Virus record (IMG/VR): IMGVR_UViG_3300042402_007915
Location: 1 to 64,000 of that record
Origin: a virus
Length of the DNA stretch: 64,000 nt
Direction: 5' to 3' (one strand)
The position numbers and the translations under genes are program-made. The notes under the pieces are model-generated. The model worked only from the letters and a program-made list of their open reading frames with translations, was not told where the DNA came from and did not search any database. Below, piece after piece: positions 1-9,033 of this stretch; positions within the stretch are counted from its first letter, which is position 1; every line of letters begins with the position of its first letter.

Positions 1-372
1 TCAGGGATTCTGAAGTGCCCACTGATAGGCTTCCATCATAGTAGCGGTACCATAACTCATCTGCTTAGGGAAATTTGGGTGTGGCCTCAAGGCGCAACTG
101 AAGACTAGTTCTAAGTTGGTTTTTTCGTTGACAAAATCTTCAGCTACTCTTGGAAATGCCAAGATGGCATTTCGATGGGCACACTCAAACGTATACCTAA
201 GATGATTGCTTTGGTTACTTGGATGAATCTCATAAGCATGAGCTGCAGCATTTACCGCAGTATAAACAGCAGCATCGAAGTTTCCTTCTTTGCACTGCTT
301 CATACAAACAAGAAGCAAATCACAGATCTTCTGCTCTTTCTTGGTGAGCACTACCAACCTCTCTTTGTCCAA
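1..372 (-). CDS. hypothetical protein
   Basis: 123-aa ORF in a tightly packed leftward run; TTG start overlaps the end of the upstream gene. Confidence 0.6.
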   Translation of the reverse strand: MDKERLVVLTKKEQKICDLLLVCMKQCKEGNFDAAVYTAVNAAAHAYEIHPSNQSNHLRYTFECAHRNAILAFPRVAEDFVNEKTNLELVFSCALRPHPNFPKQMSYGTATMMEAYQWALQNP

Positions 373-1091
373 TCGATTCGGATTGGATCTTTCTTCACTG
401 CGGGTTGTTCAGGAAAAATACCTTGAGGAAGCGGTGGGTTCCCTTGAATCATCTCAGCAGTTGTGCCTTTCTGTTCTTCGGGCCACATAGCTTCCATGTA
501 TTCCACAAGACGCACACTAAGCTTTTTGGCTCTGATGTCAATGCCGTGTTGTAGTAGGAAGGCAGTACGTTCTGGCTCCAAAATGTTAACGTTAGAACAT
601 TTAATCAAATGTCCGTGGAATATACTTGTTCCTTCTCTGCTTCGAAGAGCAGCTTTAGCATGGGTTCTGTAATAGGTATATTTTGCTTGAGTGTCCTTAT
701 CCCATGCGGCTTCAAATGCGTTAAAAGTAAACAGCCAAAACTCTGTCTCGGCCAACATTTTAGTGTAACGGTCTTCACTATTAAGTTGATTGTAGCTGTC
801 AAATCCACTTTGGAGCAGATCCACGAAATCAAGAAGTTTAGATCTGATGGTCTCATAGTTGAAACCTGGAGGCAGTCTTTTGCTTTCATTGATAACAATC
901 TTCAGCTCTTCGATAAGCTTTGGATATTCGTTTGGCGAATGTAGTTGTTCGAATCTAGTGTCCAGAGCCTGTGAGGCTTCTGTCCAATTGCTTCGGTTTA
1001 GGACTTTCCCATAGCAAACATAGAGGAGAGCATGCATAGTTCCCGCAAGAGCTCGCATATTCTCAATGTACTGGCTTTCAAGGTTTTGCAC
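351..1091 (-). CDS. hypothetical protein
   Basis: 246-aa ORF, AGGAG RBS before GTG, overlaps both neighbours. Confidence 0.75.
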   Translation of the reverse strand: MQNLESQYIENMRALAGTMHALLYVCYGKVLNRSNWTEASQALDTRFEQLHSPNEYPKLIEELKIVINESKRLPPGFNYETIRSKLLDFVDLLQSGFDSYNQLNSEDRYTKMLAETEFWLFTFNAFEAAWDKDTQAKYTYYRTHAKAALRSREGTSIFHGHLIKCSNVNILEPERTAFLLQHGIDIRAKKLSVRLVEYMEAMWPEEQKGTTAEMIQGNPPLPQGIFPEQPAVKKDPIRIDWTKRGW

Positions 1092-1476
1092 GCTTTCTCC
1101 TATTGAGACGGTTAATGGCTAGCTTTCGAAGTTCATTGTAAATCTTCGTTGCCATCGACGAGGCCTCTTCAGGTGAAATCTTTAGGGCTTCGCAGAGCAC
1201 CTGAACTGAATAATCTGTTGAAATGGAGACGCTACAGATATCTGGATCGGCTAAGGTTTTAAGATCCGCGATTTCGGCTTGTGCTTCAATCAATAGCTTT
1301 TGAGTTTCTTCTTGGGAATGTGAACGGTTCAAATGTCCGTCCAATTTATCCAAAGCAAAGCAGATATTACCGTGCGTCAACTCCTCCGGAGTCGGGACTT
1401 TCTCGGAGCCATGATAGATAGAAGACAATACTTGCGCAGCAAAGACATAAACTGGATCTTCTCTTTTATCGGTCAT
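1078..1476 (-). CDS. hypothetical protein
   Basis: Start re-set to ATG 1476 (MTDKRED), which overlaps the end of the upstream gene. Confidence 0.65.
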   Translation of the reverse strand: MTDKREDPVYVFAAQVLSSIYHGSEKVPTPEELTHGNICFALDKLDGHLNRSHSQEETQKLLIEAQAEIADLKTLADPDICSVSISTDYSVQVLCEALKISPEEASSMATKIYNELRKLAINRLNRRKRAKP

Positions 1477-2014
1477 GGCTTTTAAGGGCCTCGATAAGAA
1501 GTGCCAATTCCTCACGCTCTTCATAGAACGGAAAAGCGTTCTTATCGTCTGGGTACCACTCGAAGAAATCAATAGGACTGTCATCAGTTTCGTCCATGAA
1601 GTAGTCTTCTAATTCTTTCCAGTCCCGGAAGTACCGAGGAAGATGTCCTGGTCGCTCAAGGCAGTACTTGAATCTTGGTCTCTGGTAAGAAACTTTTTGC
1701 TTGAAAGTGCCACGAGGAGCAATACTTTCGTAGCCGATGGCATTCCAAAAATAGAAGTACGTTGGGCCGTCATGAATCCAGTCCCTGAATTTGTAGATGT
1801 ATCCCAACTGAGTGTTGAGCTTCCGAGAATAAGGATTCTCCAGGTTAAGCTCACCCCTGCGGTACAAAGCTCCGGATGATTCAGGAACGTAGGTAATACA
1901 AAACTTCAGAGCGATCCTCTCATCGGTGCAGCTCCACTGGCCTTGTCCGGCATCGTAAACGAAAGGAATATCTTGAGAGGCAACAAGCACGGTTTGCTGA
2001 GAACCTTGGCTCAC
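1466..2014 (-). CDS. hypothetical protein, paralogue of 2011..2448
   Basis: GTGA start/stop overlap at 2011-2014; shares the motif FxYxLE-x5-RYFRxxxELExYF-x6-PIDF with its neighbour. Confidence 0.65.
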   Translation of the reverse strand: MSQGSQQTVLVASQDIPFVYDAGQGQWSCTDERIALKFCITYVPESSGALYRRGELNLENPYSRKLNTQLGYIYKFRDWIHDGPTYFYFWNAIGYESIAPRGTFKQKVSYQRPRFKYCLERPGHLPRYFRDWKELEDYFMDETDDSPIDFFEWYPDDKNAFPFYEEREELALLIEALKSHDR

Positions 2015-2448
2015 TTTCTTTCCACGAGGCGCTTGATCATTTGGAGAATCTGGTCTTGCTCGACAAGGGAGACTCTTCCCTCTGGGCAATCGAAATCAAT
2101 CGGAATCTCAAGCGTGTCTAGCTTAAAGTATTTTTCAAGCTCTTCAAGATTTCGGAAATAACGCAAAGGTTCAGTGCCCATCTCAAGGATGTATCGGAAT
2201 GCCATAGGTTCTGTTGTGTTCATGAAAATCGTACTGCGAAAATTACTTTGCATAGTAGTGATTTCTTCTTCTGAAAAGATGATTGGGTTTTCATAAACCA
2301 AAAGAGCTCCATAACGAGTCTGCTTGTTGTTGAAATGTACCCAAGCAATATCGAGATTACCACTGACGAATGCAAGTCCGGCTGAGGGGAGCAGGCACTT
2401 GAGGTGATATTCTCTCAGGGGCGGAGGTCTCTGAAGGTCAGTTGACAC
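2011..2448 (-). CDS. hypothetical protein, paralogue of 1466..2014
   Basis: 145-aa ORF with the shared C-terminal motif. Confidence 0.7.
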   Translation of the reverse strand: MSTDLQRPPPLREYHLKCLLPSAGLAFVSGNLDIAWVHFNNKQTRYGALLVYENPIIFSEEEITTMQSNFRSTIFMNTTEPMAFRYILEMGTEPLRYFRNLEELEKYFKLDTLEIPIDFDCPEGRVSLVEQDQILQMIKRLVERK

Positions 2449-2451
2449 TGT

Positions 2452-2658
2452 TCACCTACACACGGTTAAGCATTCTTTACTTTGACAATCTTTGAGCCGC
2501 CAACATTGACGCCTAGAACTGTCGAGACCAATGTACTCCCAAGGATAAGGGACCTTAGGAACTCGTATTGGTTTATTAGTTAGGTTTTGGTAATAGAAGA
2601 TTGCAGCTAATACAAGTATGAAAAGAAGTGAGAATTCTTCGAAAGTCTTGCGTTTCGT
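2452..2658 (-). CDS. small membrane-anchored protein with ACG start (or start-mutated pseudogene)
   Basis: GGAG-N5-ACG then a 68-aa frame (M)KRKTFEEFSLLFILVLAAIFYY...CWRLKDCQSKECLTVCR; fills the gap exactly; absent from the ORF track. Confidence 0.55.
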   Translation of the reverse strand, partial: TKRKTFEEFSLLFILVLAAIFYYQNLTNKPIRVPKVPYPWEYIGLDSSRRQCWRLKDCQSKECLTVCR

Positions 2659-2768
2659 TTTTGCTCCGGCTTAGTAGCCCGCTTGCAGCGGGCTCCAGTC
2701 AAACCCGACGCCTGTTTCTTGGGGTGGAGGGGCCGATACCCCACCCGGAGTTCGGCCCCTCGTTTCGC

Positions 2769-3323
2769 CTACACGATGGTGTTCAGGATGATGGACACCC
2801 TGGTTCCCCTTCTGTGCCAGGCGTAGTGGCTTGGCCCCTGCTCTTCTTTTCCCTCGAAGAGGGTGGTGCAGGGTATTGAGATGGGTACTCGGCGTTGGTA
2901 TGGGATTTCTTCCAGGTGAACGCGGAGTTTTCCTTCGGTGAAGTCACCGAGAGGAAGAATGACGGTTTGCCCCTTGTTGGATTTGGGGTCTTTGTGCCGT
3001 CCAACTTCTGCGCCAGGTCTGTATACCTGGACGAAGAGGCAGTTGAACCTTTGTTCGTGACCCAAGAGCGCTTCAATCCATTCTTTCATACGAATGCCCG
3101 CTACACGAATCGCGGGTGGGGACTTGCGGCCCCTACCATATCCTTCGCCGAAAGCGGTGAACCGGAAGTCGCCGAGGAAGCTGGGAGAAGTGCCGAGCTT
3201 TAGGCTCTTTATTTCCTCCAGGACCGCAGTCTCTTCCTCTTCGGTGAGGATTGGCTCTGACCCGACGAAGGTCAGAGCTTTGTGGTGCCGCGAGAGACGC
3301 GTCATGTAATCGAAGTCCACCAT
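2769..3323 (-). CDS. 2OG-Fe(II) dioxygenase (AlkB / TET-JBP-like)
   Basis: VYRPGAEVGRHKD (HxD), LGDFTEGKL, distal H and R in SHYAWHRRGTRVS. Confidence 0.8.
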   Translation of the reverse strand: MVDFDYMTRLSRHHKALTFVGSEPILTEEEETAVLEEIKSLKLGTSPSFLGDFRFTAFGEGYGRGRKSPPAIRVAGIRMKEWIEALLGHEQRFNCLFVQVYRPGAEVGRHKDPKSNKGQTVILPLGDFTEGKLRVHLEEIPYQRRVPISIPCTTLFEGKEEQGPSHYAWHRRGTRVSIILNTIV

Positions 3324-3326
3324 TAC

Positions 3327-3605
3327 TCACACTCCCTGCAGCGCTGCTTCGAGTTGGTCGAGCAACGCTGCTTTGAGGTTTAGGTCCCAGACTTTGGCGA
3401 TGAGGTCTGAGATTGCATTGAAGCCTTCTTCGTCGTTGCAAGTAAGGACTTTTTGGATTAGTCCGTTTTTGTCGACCAGGTATGTAGCTCCTGGAAGTTC
3501 CTGGAGTTGTTCTATGGTTGTGGATTCCGAGAGGAGGTGAGGCGATTCACCTTGTCTGCACCAGAATAGTTTAGAGCGAGACAATAAACTCTCCTGCCAT
3601 CGCAA
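3327..3605 (-). CDS. hypothetical protein
   Basis: 92-aa ORF abutting both neighbours. Confidence 0.55.
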   Translation of the reverse strand: MRWQESLLSRSKLFWCRQGESPHLLSESTTIEQLQELPGATYLVDKNGLIQKVLTCNDEEGFNAISDLIAKVWDLNLKAALLDQLEAALQGV

Positions 3606-3837
3606 TGAGACATCCCATTGAGATTAGTATTAGTGTTAGAAGTGGTAGGACCAATGCTGGGTTTGGTGTTGGTCCTTGAGGAATAGAAGTAGGCGCCGTT
3701 TTAAGTGGTGCTGTGGCTCGAACTGGCTTTGGGAATAGTTCTGCATCTGTTGGATGTGCCCAATCCCACAGAATCTGGCATGGGACATATACGGCGGTGA
3801 AAGCCGTTAGGGAGATGAGAACGATGAAGGCGTTCAC
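3571..3837 (-). CDS. small membrane protein
   Basis: Two hydrophobic segments separated by a Pro-rich linker. Confidence 0.55.
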   Translation of the reverse strand: MNAFIVLISLTAFTAVYVPCQILWDWAHPTDAELFPKPVRATAPLKTAPTSIPQGPTPNPALVLPLLTLILISMGCLIAMAGEFIVSL

Positions 3838-3888
3838 GAAAGAAGGCCCCTCTACCTCTTTTTTAGGGAGATAGAGGGGCAGCTCCCC

Positions 3889-4635
3889 TTAGAAGGGGAT
3901 TTCGTCGGCGTTGGCGTCGGGGGCCGTGACCTCTTCGTGCTTCGCCGTGCTGGTCTGGGTCGGCGCGGGGGTGCTCGTGGGGACACCGCCGAGCACGAAG
4001 GCGTCGAACGCCTTGGACCGGGCGTTGCGGAACGCCAGGCCCCGACGCGCCCCCTCAGGGGCCGCTTGCACGGTGTCGTCCAGCTCCAGGATCAGCGCCT
4101 CGCTCATGTTGAGGTCGGCCATGATGGTGGCCAAGCTCTCCATGTTGGCGGCCCCCATGATGCGGCTCTGGGGGGTGGCCTCCGTGGTGCCCGCGGTGCT
4201 GGCCTTGGGCCGCCGCTCGGACAGGACCTCGTCGAAGGCCTGGGCGATGACGACGGCGTTCGGGCCGTTGAGCCAGATGACGGTGTCGCCGAGCGAGCCG
4301 CGGCCCGTCGGGTTGACGCTGGTCTGGGCGTTGAGGGCCATGCCCACGACCTTGCGGGCGGGCTGGTTCTCCCGCGCCGGCTGGTCCCGCTGGACCGAGC
4401 CGAGGTTGAGCTTCTGCGTGAGGAGCCAGCAGAAGACGTTTGCGGCCCGCGCAGCGGCGGCCTTGGGGATGCCGTCGGCGCCGTAGCGGTAGCCGAGGAG
4501 GTCACCGCCGTTGCGGTTCTCGATTCGAGCGCCGAGCAACGACAGCAGCGTGGCAGGCTGCGGTCCCTCGACGGGGATGGTGGTGGCGCCAACTTCGCGG
4601 ATGGCGGTCACGGCTTCGGTCTTGGTGAGGCTCAT
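3889..4635 (-). CDS. putative ssDNA-binding or SSB-mimic protein
   Basis: 248 aa, GC-rich third codon positions, flexible tail ending ADEIPF (bacterial SSB C-terminus is DDIPF). Confidence 0.55.
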   Translation of the reverse strand: MSLTKTEAVTAIREVGATTIPVEGPQPATLLSLLGARIENRNGGDLLGYRYGADGIPKAAAARAANVFCWLLTQKLNLGSVQRDQPARENQPARKVVGMALNAQTSVNPTGRGSLGDTVIWLNGPNAVVIAQAFDEVLSERRPKASTAGTTEATPQSRIMGAANMESLATIMADLNMSEALILELDDTVQAAPEGARRGLAFRNARSKAFDAFVLGGVPTSTPAPTQTSTAKHEEVTAPDANADEIPF

Positions 4636-4721
4636 TTTCTTTGCCTTTGAGGGGGTTGCTGGCCCCTCGTTTTGAGGGCTGACCCCTCTCTTTTTTCTTT
4701 CGAAGGACTTATTCCTCCACG

Positions 4722-4742
4722 GAACTAACGCGCCGAAGGCGC
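4722..4742 (-). promoter_or_regulatory. GAAC-N4-stem-GAA-stem hairpin element (putative template-strand hairpin promoter)
   Basis: Plus strand GAAC TAAC GCGCC GAA GGCGC; one of about 18 copies upstream of leftward genes. Confidence 0.6.
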
Positions 4743-4785
4743 ACGAAACAAACCCCCTCCCACTTGCGTGAGAGGGGGTCGGGGA

Positions 4786-5061
4786 CTACTGCGCGGCTGC
4801 GGCAGCCGCCCCATCGGTGCGGCCCTTGCGACGGGCCCACTCGATGAAGGCGAGCTTGTAGGTGTCAATCGACGCCGAGCTGATGAGCCCGAGCGCCACG
4901 CCCAGCAACAGGACCGGCATCACGACATACATCGCGATTTCGATCATCCAATCGATGCCCCAGGCGTAGATGACGCCTGCGATCAGTCCCAGGCCAAGTG
5001 CGGCCTTGAGCGTTGCCAGAGTGCCCCCCGAGAGGGACACCTGCTCAGAGGGGCGCTCCAT
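4786..5061 (-). CDS. two-TM membrane protein
   Basis: 91 aa with two hydrophobic helices; start overlaps the upstream stop (TGATG). Confidence 0.7.
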   Translation of the reverse strand: MERPSEQVSLSGGTLATLKAALGLGLIAGVIYAWGIDWMIEIAMYVVMPVLLLGVALGLISSASIDTYKLAFIEWARRKGRTDGAAAAAAQ

Positions 5062-5873
5062 CAGGACGCCTGCGTGCTGGCGGCGCTGGCCGCAGCCTCG
5101 ATCTTGGCCTTGGCCGCGCGGGTGGAGATGGCCGCACCGAGGATGCTCCCCACCTGGACCCGCTCCGGGTTGTTCGAGCTGCGCACGTTGACGCCCAGGT
5201 CGCTGATGCGCGACCAGAACGCCAGGAGGTCATCGCCCGCCTTGCCGGTGGGCACGGCGTAGCTGCCGTCGGGTTGACGCATGAGCTCGGCGACCCCGGA
5301 GAGCCGGGGCTTGCCAAGCACCTCGATCGTGGGCATGAGCGCCCCGTTGCGGCCGGTGAGGGCCGTGTAGAGGGTGGCGCGGGCCTGGTAGATGGCGTCC
5401 CCGGCGGCCCGGACCACGGCGTTGTCGCCCCGGTACTTGACGGCCTTGCCGTCGGGGCCGGTGGGGAGCACCCCCTTCCGGATCGCCGAGATGAAGTTCA
5501 TGTTCTCCCGGTGCGGGCGGAAGTCCGCCCGGAGCTGCTGGATCTGCTCGATCAGCTTGGCCCGCTCGGTGTCGAGCTTGTCGAGCTCGCTCTGCAGGGT
5601 CTTCGCGACGGTCGCCTCGGCCTTGCTCGTGCCGAGCCCCTTCAGCTGCTGGTACTTCTCGTTCCGGCCCTCGTTGAGGGCGTCGATCTCCGCCTGCTTG
5701 GCGTCGATGACCGCTTTGGCCGCGTTCGCGGTCAGCTCGAGGTTCTTGAACGTCGGCTCCGCGGCCGAGGCCGCCTGCTCGACCACGCTGTCGTGGGCGG
5801 CGAGCGCGGTCAGGAGGGGGAGCATGATCCGGGTGAAGTTGACGTTCGGCTTGGGGGTGTTGGTCTTGGACAT
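5061..5873 (-). CDS. coiled-coil protein
   Basis: Start at ATG 5873 (MSKTNTPK); long heptad-like N-terminal half; GC-rich codons. Confidence 0.7.
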   Translation of the reverse strand: MSKTNTPKPNVNFTRIMLPLLTALAAHDSVVEQAASAAEPTFKNLELTANAAKAVIDAKQAEIDALNEGRNEKYQQLKGLGTSKAEATVAKTLQSELDKLDTERAKLIEQIQQLRADFRPHRENMNFISAIRKGVLPTGPDGKAVKYRGDNAVVRAAGDAIYQARATLYTALTGRNGALMPTIEVLGKPRLSGVAELMRQPDGSYAVPTGKAGDDLLAFWSRISDLGVNVRSSNNPERVQVGSILGAAISTRAAKAKIEAAASAASTQAS

Positions 5874-5940
5874 GGTGTAACCCGTGGGGGGCGCGAAGGC
5901 CCCGGTATTTTTTTTGCGCAATGAGGGACAACCCCTCACG

Positions 5941-5961
5941 GAACCAAAGCGCCGAAGGCGC
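5941..5961 (-). promoter_or_regulatory. GAA-triloop hairpin element
   Basis: GAAC CAAA GCGCC GAA GGCGC, same stem as the copy at 4722. Confidence 0.6.
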
Positions 5962-5990
5962 AGGCCAAGGCTGACGAAGTCAGCCTTGGC

Positions 5991-6434
5991 TTATCGAAGG
6001 AGGTAGACCGTGAGAGGTGAGTCTTGGAAGATTTTGATAATCTCTTGTTTGATTTCCCCGTAGTCTAATCCACCCAATCCGCAACCCATTGGTGGGATAG
6101 AGATTGAAGAGGCGAGCTTAAGTTGAAACGCCTTGTCACTTCGCTCTCTTAAGGTTTGAAGGGCTTTTACGACCCATTCTTTTTGGGACGGGTACTTCCA
6201 GTGCCGCTTTGTAGCGGCGTTGGCGATGTATCTTCCACAAACCGCATAGATGACTACGTCGCCAGGCTTATACTTCCCAGCCTTACAGTCTCGGCGATAG
6301 AGCTGGAACATATCTGGATAGTGTTCTTTGTAGAACTTAGCCAGTCCTGCGCCCATGACGCCAACACAGTTGACTGTGTTGACTTCGATGTCAGCACCTG
6401 TTTGGGTGATGTTGGCTACCTCGATGAATGGCAT
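5991..6434 (-). CDS. macrodomain ADP-ribosylhydrolase (DarG/Poa1p-like)
   Basis: VNTVNCVGVMGAGLA, TKRHWKYPS, IPPMGCGLGGLDY; GGAGG RBS before ATG 6434. Confidence 0.9.
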   Translation of the reverse strand: MPFIEVANITQTGADIEVNTVNCVGVMGAGLAKFYKEHYPDMFQLYRRDCKAGKYKPGDVVIYAVCGRYIANAATKRHWKYPSQKEWVVKALQTLRERSDKAFQLKLASSISIPPMGCGLGGLDYGEIKQEIIKIFQDSPLTVYLLR

Positions 6435-6499
6435 GCACACCTCCGCGGAAAACAAAGGGCGACGCCCTGTTGGCGTCGCCCGTACTGCTGAGGTTGAGC

Positions 6500-6727
6500 T
6501 TACTTCCGCATTCCCCAGCCAGAACCCGCTCCCTGTGCCGAGACGAGGAACCCCTTGGGGCGGCGAACGACGTTGGCCTGAATGGCTTTGCGTTGTTCGT
6601 CCTGTTGCGCGGCGTTCTGCGCCGCACAAACTTTCTGGAGCCTCCAGGAATCGTCTTTGCCGCCGTATTGCTCCTGGATAAGAGCGGCCCGTTCGTCGGG
6701 CGTGATCGGTTGGCGTTTGCGTGCCAT
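6500..6727 (-). CDS. hypothetical protein
   Basis: 75 aa, GAGG RBS, start overlaps the upstream stop (TAATG). Confidence 0.65.
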   Translation of the reverse strand: MARKRQPITPDERAALIQEQYGGKDDSWRLQKVCAAQNAAQQDEQRKAIQANVVRRPKGFLVSAQGAGSGWGMRK

Positions 6728-6903
6728 TAGAGCACCTCACACAAGTCTGCTGGCGAGTAGTCCAGCAGGATAAGGACAAGGAAGAGTGCTGCTACTCCCA
6801 GCACAATGAGGTTGGTGAAGGTGGGCTCTTTGATGACAGCCACGAGGCTGTACCAGAAGAACGCTGCCCACGCGAACAGGCCGGTAAGGAAGATGATGAG
6901 CAT
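6727..6903 (-). CDS. small two-TM membrane protein
   Basis: 58 aa MLIIFLTGLFAWAAFFWYSLV...; below the ORF-track cutoff. Confidence 0.6.
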   Translation of the reverse strand: MLIIFLTGLFAWAAFFWYSLVAVIKEPTFTNLIVLGVAALFLVLILLDYSPADLCEVL

Positions 6904-6919
6904 TGGCTGCTCTTCCTGT

Positions 6920-7429
6920 TCAAGGACAAACCTTGACGCTGGTGGTCTGGATGAGGGAAGTGAAGTTGACCTTTGGACAGGCCAGCTTGTACCACACCTC
7001 GTTGTTGATAGAGACGCGCATGGTCTCGCCGTCTACGGCGGCCATCAGCTTCTGGGCCTTGATGCCACTTTCAAGGAACATCTGGCGGCCATGCTCTGCT
7101 TGGTTGCAGAGCTTCTTTTCTTTGACGTTCTTGGTTTTGTGGTTTTCGGCGATCCTTTTGATCTCGAAGCATACGATGGTGCCGTTGACGGAAAGAATCG
7201 CGTCAACGTTTTGTTTTTCGGTGTTGTCCAGGTGCAGGGTCGCACCGACTCCCAACACCTTGATGGGCGAGAGGAACATCTCTTGGATTGCAAGCAATCC
7301 CCGTGCGATCAGTCCGGCTTCTTTGTCGGACGAGATGGCGGCGAGGAGCGCAGCCTCTTTGATGGACAGCCCCGAAACGGTAACGATCTGCTTGGGACTC
7401 TGCTGACGACCACCAATAACGATTTGCAT
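6920..7429 (-). CDS. possible PD-(D/E)XK nuclease-fold protein
   Basis: VDAIL...VCFEIKR...LCNQA pattern; GAGG RBS. Confidence 0.5.
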   Translation of the reverse strand: MQIVIGGRQQSPKQIVTVSGLSIKEAALLAAISSDKEAGLIARGLLAIQEMFLSPIKVLGVGATLHLDNTEKQNVDAILSVNGTIVCFEIKRIAENHKTKNVKEKKLCNQAEHGRQMFLESGIKAQKLMAAVDGETMRVSINNEVWYKLACPKVNFTSLIQTTSVKVCP

Positions 7430-7468
7430 AGTTATACCTCGAGGAATAGTAGAACTGCATGTTCTACC

Positions 7469-7489
7469 GAATAGAAGCCGCGAAGCGGC
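7469..7489 (-). promoter_or_regulatory. GAA-triloop hairpin element
   Basis: GAAT AGAA GCCGC GAA GCGGC; contains the very stable GCGAAGC DNA mini-hairpin. Confidence 0.6.
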
Positions 7490-7524
7490 GGGTAAACGAA
7501 AGGCCCCCTTTCGGGGGCCATGTG

Positions 7525-7747
7525 CTACCAGCTGAGCGTGTCGTACAGTTCGTCCGCGGCCTTTTTGCCCCAGCGACGGTACGCTGCGTCAATCAGCAGG
7601 AAGTTGTAGTCGTTCTTTTTGGTGGCCAGGCAGAACGAGACGATACGCTTGCTCGCTTGGAATCCAAGCCAGTCTTTGCGTAGCTGGCGGACCCACCACC
7701 GCCAGCAGTGGCCGGCGTACTTTTTCTTTTCTTTCCTACGGGCCATG
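7525..7747 (-). CDS. small basic hypothetical protein
   Basis: ATG 7747 (MARRKEKKK) with AAGG RBS. Confidence 0.6.
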
Positions 7748-7762
7748 ATACACCTTGTCTTG

Positions 7763-8029
7763 TTAGAAGGGAACGTCTTCGAGGCAGTTGGCTGCCATTG
7801 CTGCTTCAAGATCTGCTTGCCACTGACGCTCTGCATCAGTGATCATGAGCACCTTGGGCTTGCCGTCTTGGGTGCCCCAGCGGGCAGTCTTGGCCCAGAG
7901 GCACGCGAGTTCCAGGTCGGAGACTTCGGGGATGGTGGCGCCGCATTCGGGGCACTGCTCCCCTGCCGCGCCTTGTTCAAGGTAACCGCATTGGTGGCAG
8001 TACGGCATGTTGGGTCGTTGCAGTTCCAT
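7763..8029 (-). CDS. Zn-ribbon protein with SSB-like tail
   Basis: CHQC...CPEC; ends LEDVPF. Confidence 0.7.
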   Translation of the reverse strand: MELQRPNMPYCHQCGYLEQGAAGEQCPECGATIPEVSDLELACLWAKTARWGTQDGKPKVLMITDAERQWQADLEAAMAANCLEDVPF

Positions 8030-8232
8030 TATTCACCTCCGAGCAGGAGTTTGATTGCCAGCTTGATACGCTGGCTGAGGGTTTTGGGAGCGGCTTTCAC
8101 TTGCTGCCGCTTGAACTTGCTCATCGCAATGAGCCTTGCGGCTGTTTTGAGTAGAGCCGGTGACTGCTTTGCTTCGATCGGGTGGCGCGATCGAAGCACT
8201 TCCTCCCATAGCCGGGTTTCGATTTTGTACAT
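8029..8232 (-). CDS. hypothetical protein
   Basis: AGGAGG RBS, ATG 8232, just downstream of the hairpin element at 8246. Confidence 0.65.
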   Translation of the reverse strand: MYKIETRLWEEVLRSRHPIEAKQSPALLKTAARLIAMSKFKRQQVKAAPKTLSQRIKLAIKLLLGGE

Positions 8233-8352
8233 GCGACCTCCTGGCGAACCCACCCCCCCGAAGGGGGTGGGCTATTCCTCAGCCGCGCTTGTCTACGAGA
8301 TAGCGTGTCGTGGGGATCAGTTTGCCTTCTTTATTTTTACCTTGAGAGTAGG

Positions 8353-9033
8353 CTAAGGGTAGTTGATGAGGAATCGGTTCAGTTCCTCATAGGACATACG
8401 GTCAATACGCTGCTGTGCCTTAATATGCTGTTCCATACGCATCTGAGGCTTGATTGCAGGAGGCGCATAGTCTGCTGCGTTGGGCAGCAGCATCAGCTCC
8501 ATTGTTGGCTTTTTGGACTTGTCTGTCGATGGCTTTGTGTTTTGGGGGTTACCGTAACTTCCTCGTTGTGGGATGTAGTCCCACCCGCAGTGGATTCGCA
8601 CTCCCATGGCGTTTACTTTATATTGGGGAGCAGCAATGTTGATTCCGACATTTGCGCCACTTTGTTCAGTGACTTTCTCTCCGCGTGCTCCAATAGCTTG
8701 AAGATATTCGCGCCCCAATATGGCTTCGACTTTTTCTTCAGGCATCTTTTGGGTTTGGACCTTTCGGATGTCCCAGAGCTGGATGATATTTTGCCAGGCG
8801 AAGTAGCTTGTAAAGTGGCTTGGGCGTTGGCCATCCAGACAGATCAGCATGCGTTCTTTGTCGAATACGGGCCTAAGCAGACACCAGAATGGGATAGCTG
8901 ACATTTGAGAGTCTGTTACGACTCCCAGGACTTCTGAGTTTCCGTATCCTTTCCATTCTTTTTCGGTGTCTTGAATCTCTTGTAGTGAGATCGGGCTGAT
9001 AAGCCCGTTGTCGATTGCTGCTTGGAAGCTCAT
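8353..9033 (-). CDS. hypothetical protein
   Basis: ATGA overlap with the NADAR stop; 226 aa. Confidence 0.7.
   Translation of the reverse strand: MSFQAAIDNGLISPISLQEIQDTEKEWKGYGNSEVLGVVTDSQMSAIPFWCLLRPVFDKERMLICLDGQRPSHFTSYFAWQNIIQLWDIRKVQTQKMPEEKVEAILGREYLQAIGARGEKVTEQSGANVGINIAAPQYKVNAMGVRIHCGWDYIPQRGSYGNPQNTKPSTDKSKKPTMELMLLPNAADYAPPAIKPQMRMEQHIKAQQRIDRMSYEELNRFLINYP

Noticed and set aside
3911-5924. Long plus-strand and alternate-frame ORFs over the GC-rich genes (also 15483..16412, 17440..18249, 20637..21758, 26186..27100)
   Set aside because: These are shadow ORFs from GC-rich codon bias; the leftward frames have RBSs and coherent operon structure
6435-6779. 262-aa version of the macrodomain ORF
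   Set aside because: It overlaps a separate gene; the GGAGG RBS supports the start at 6434
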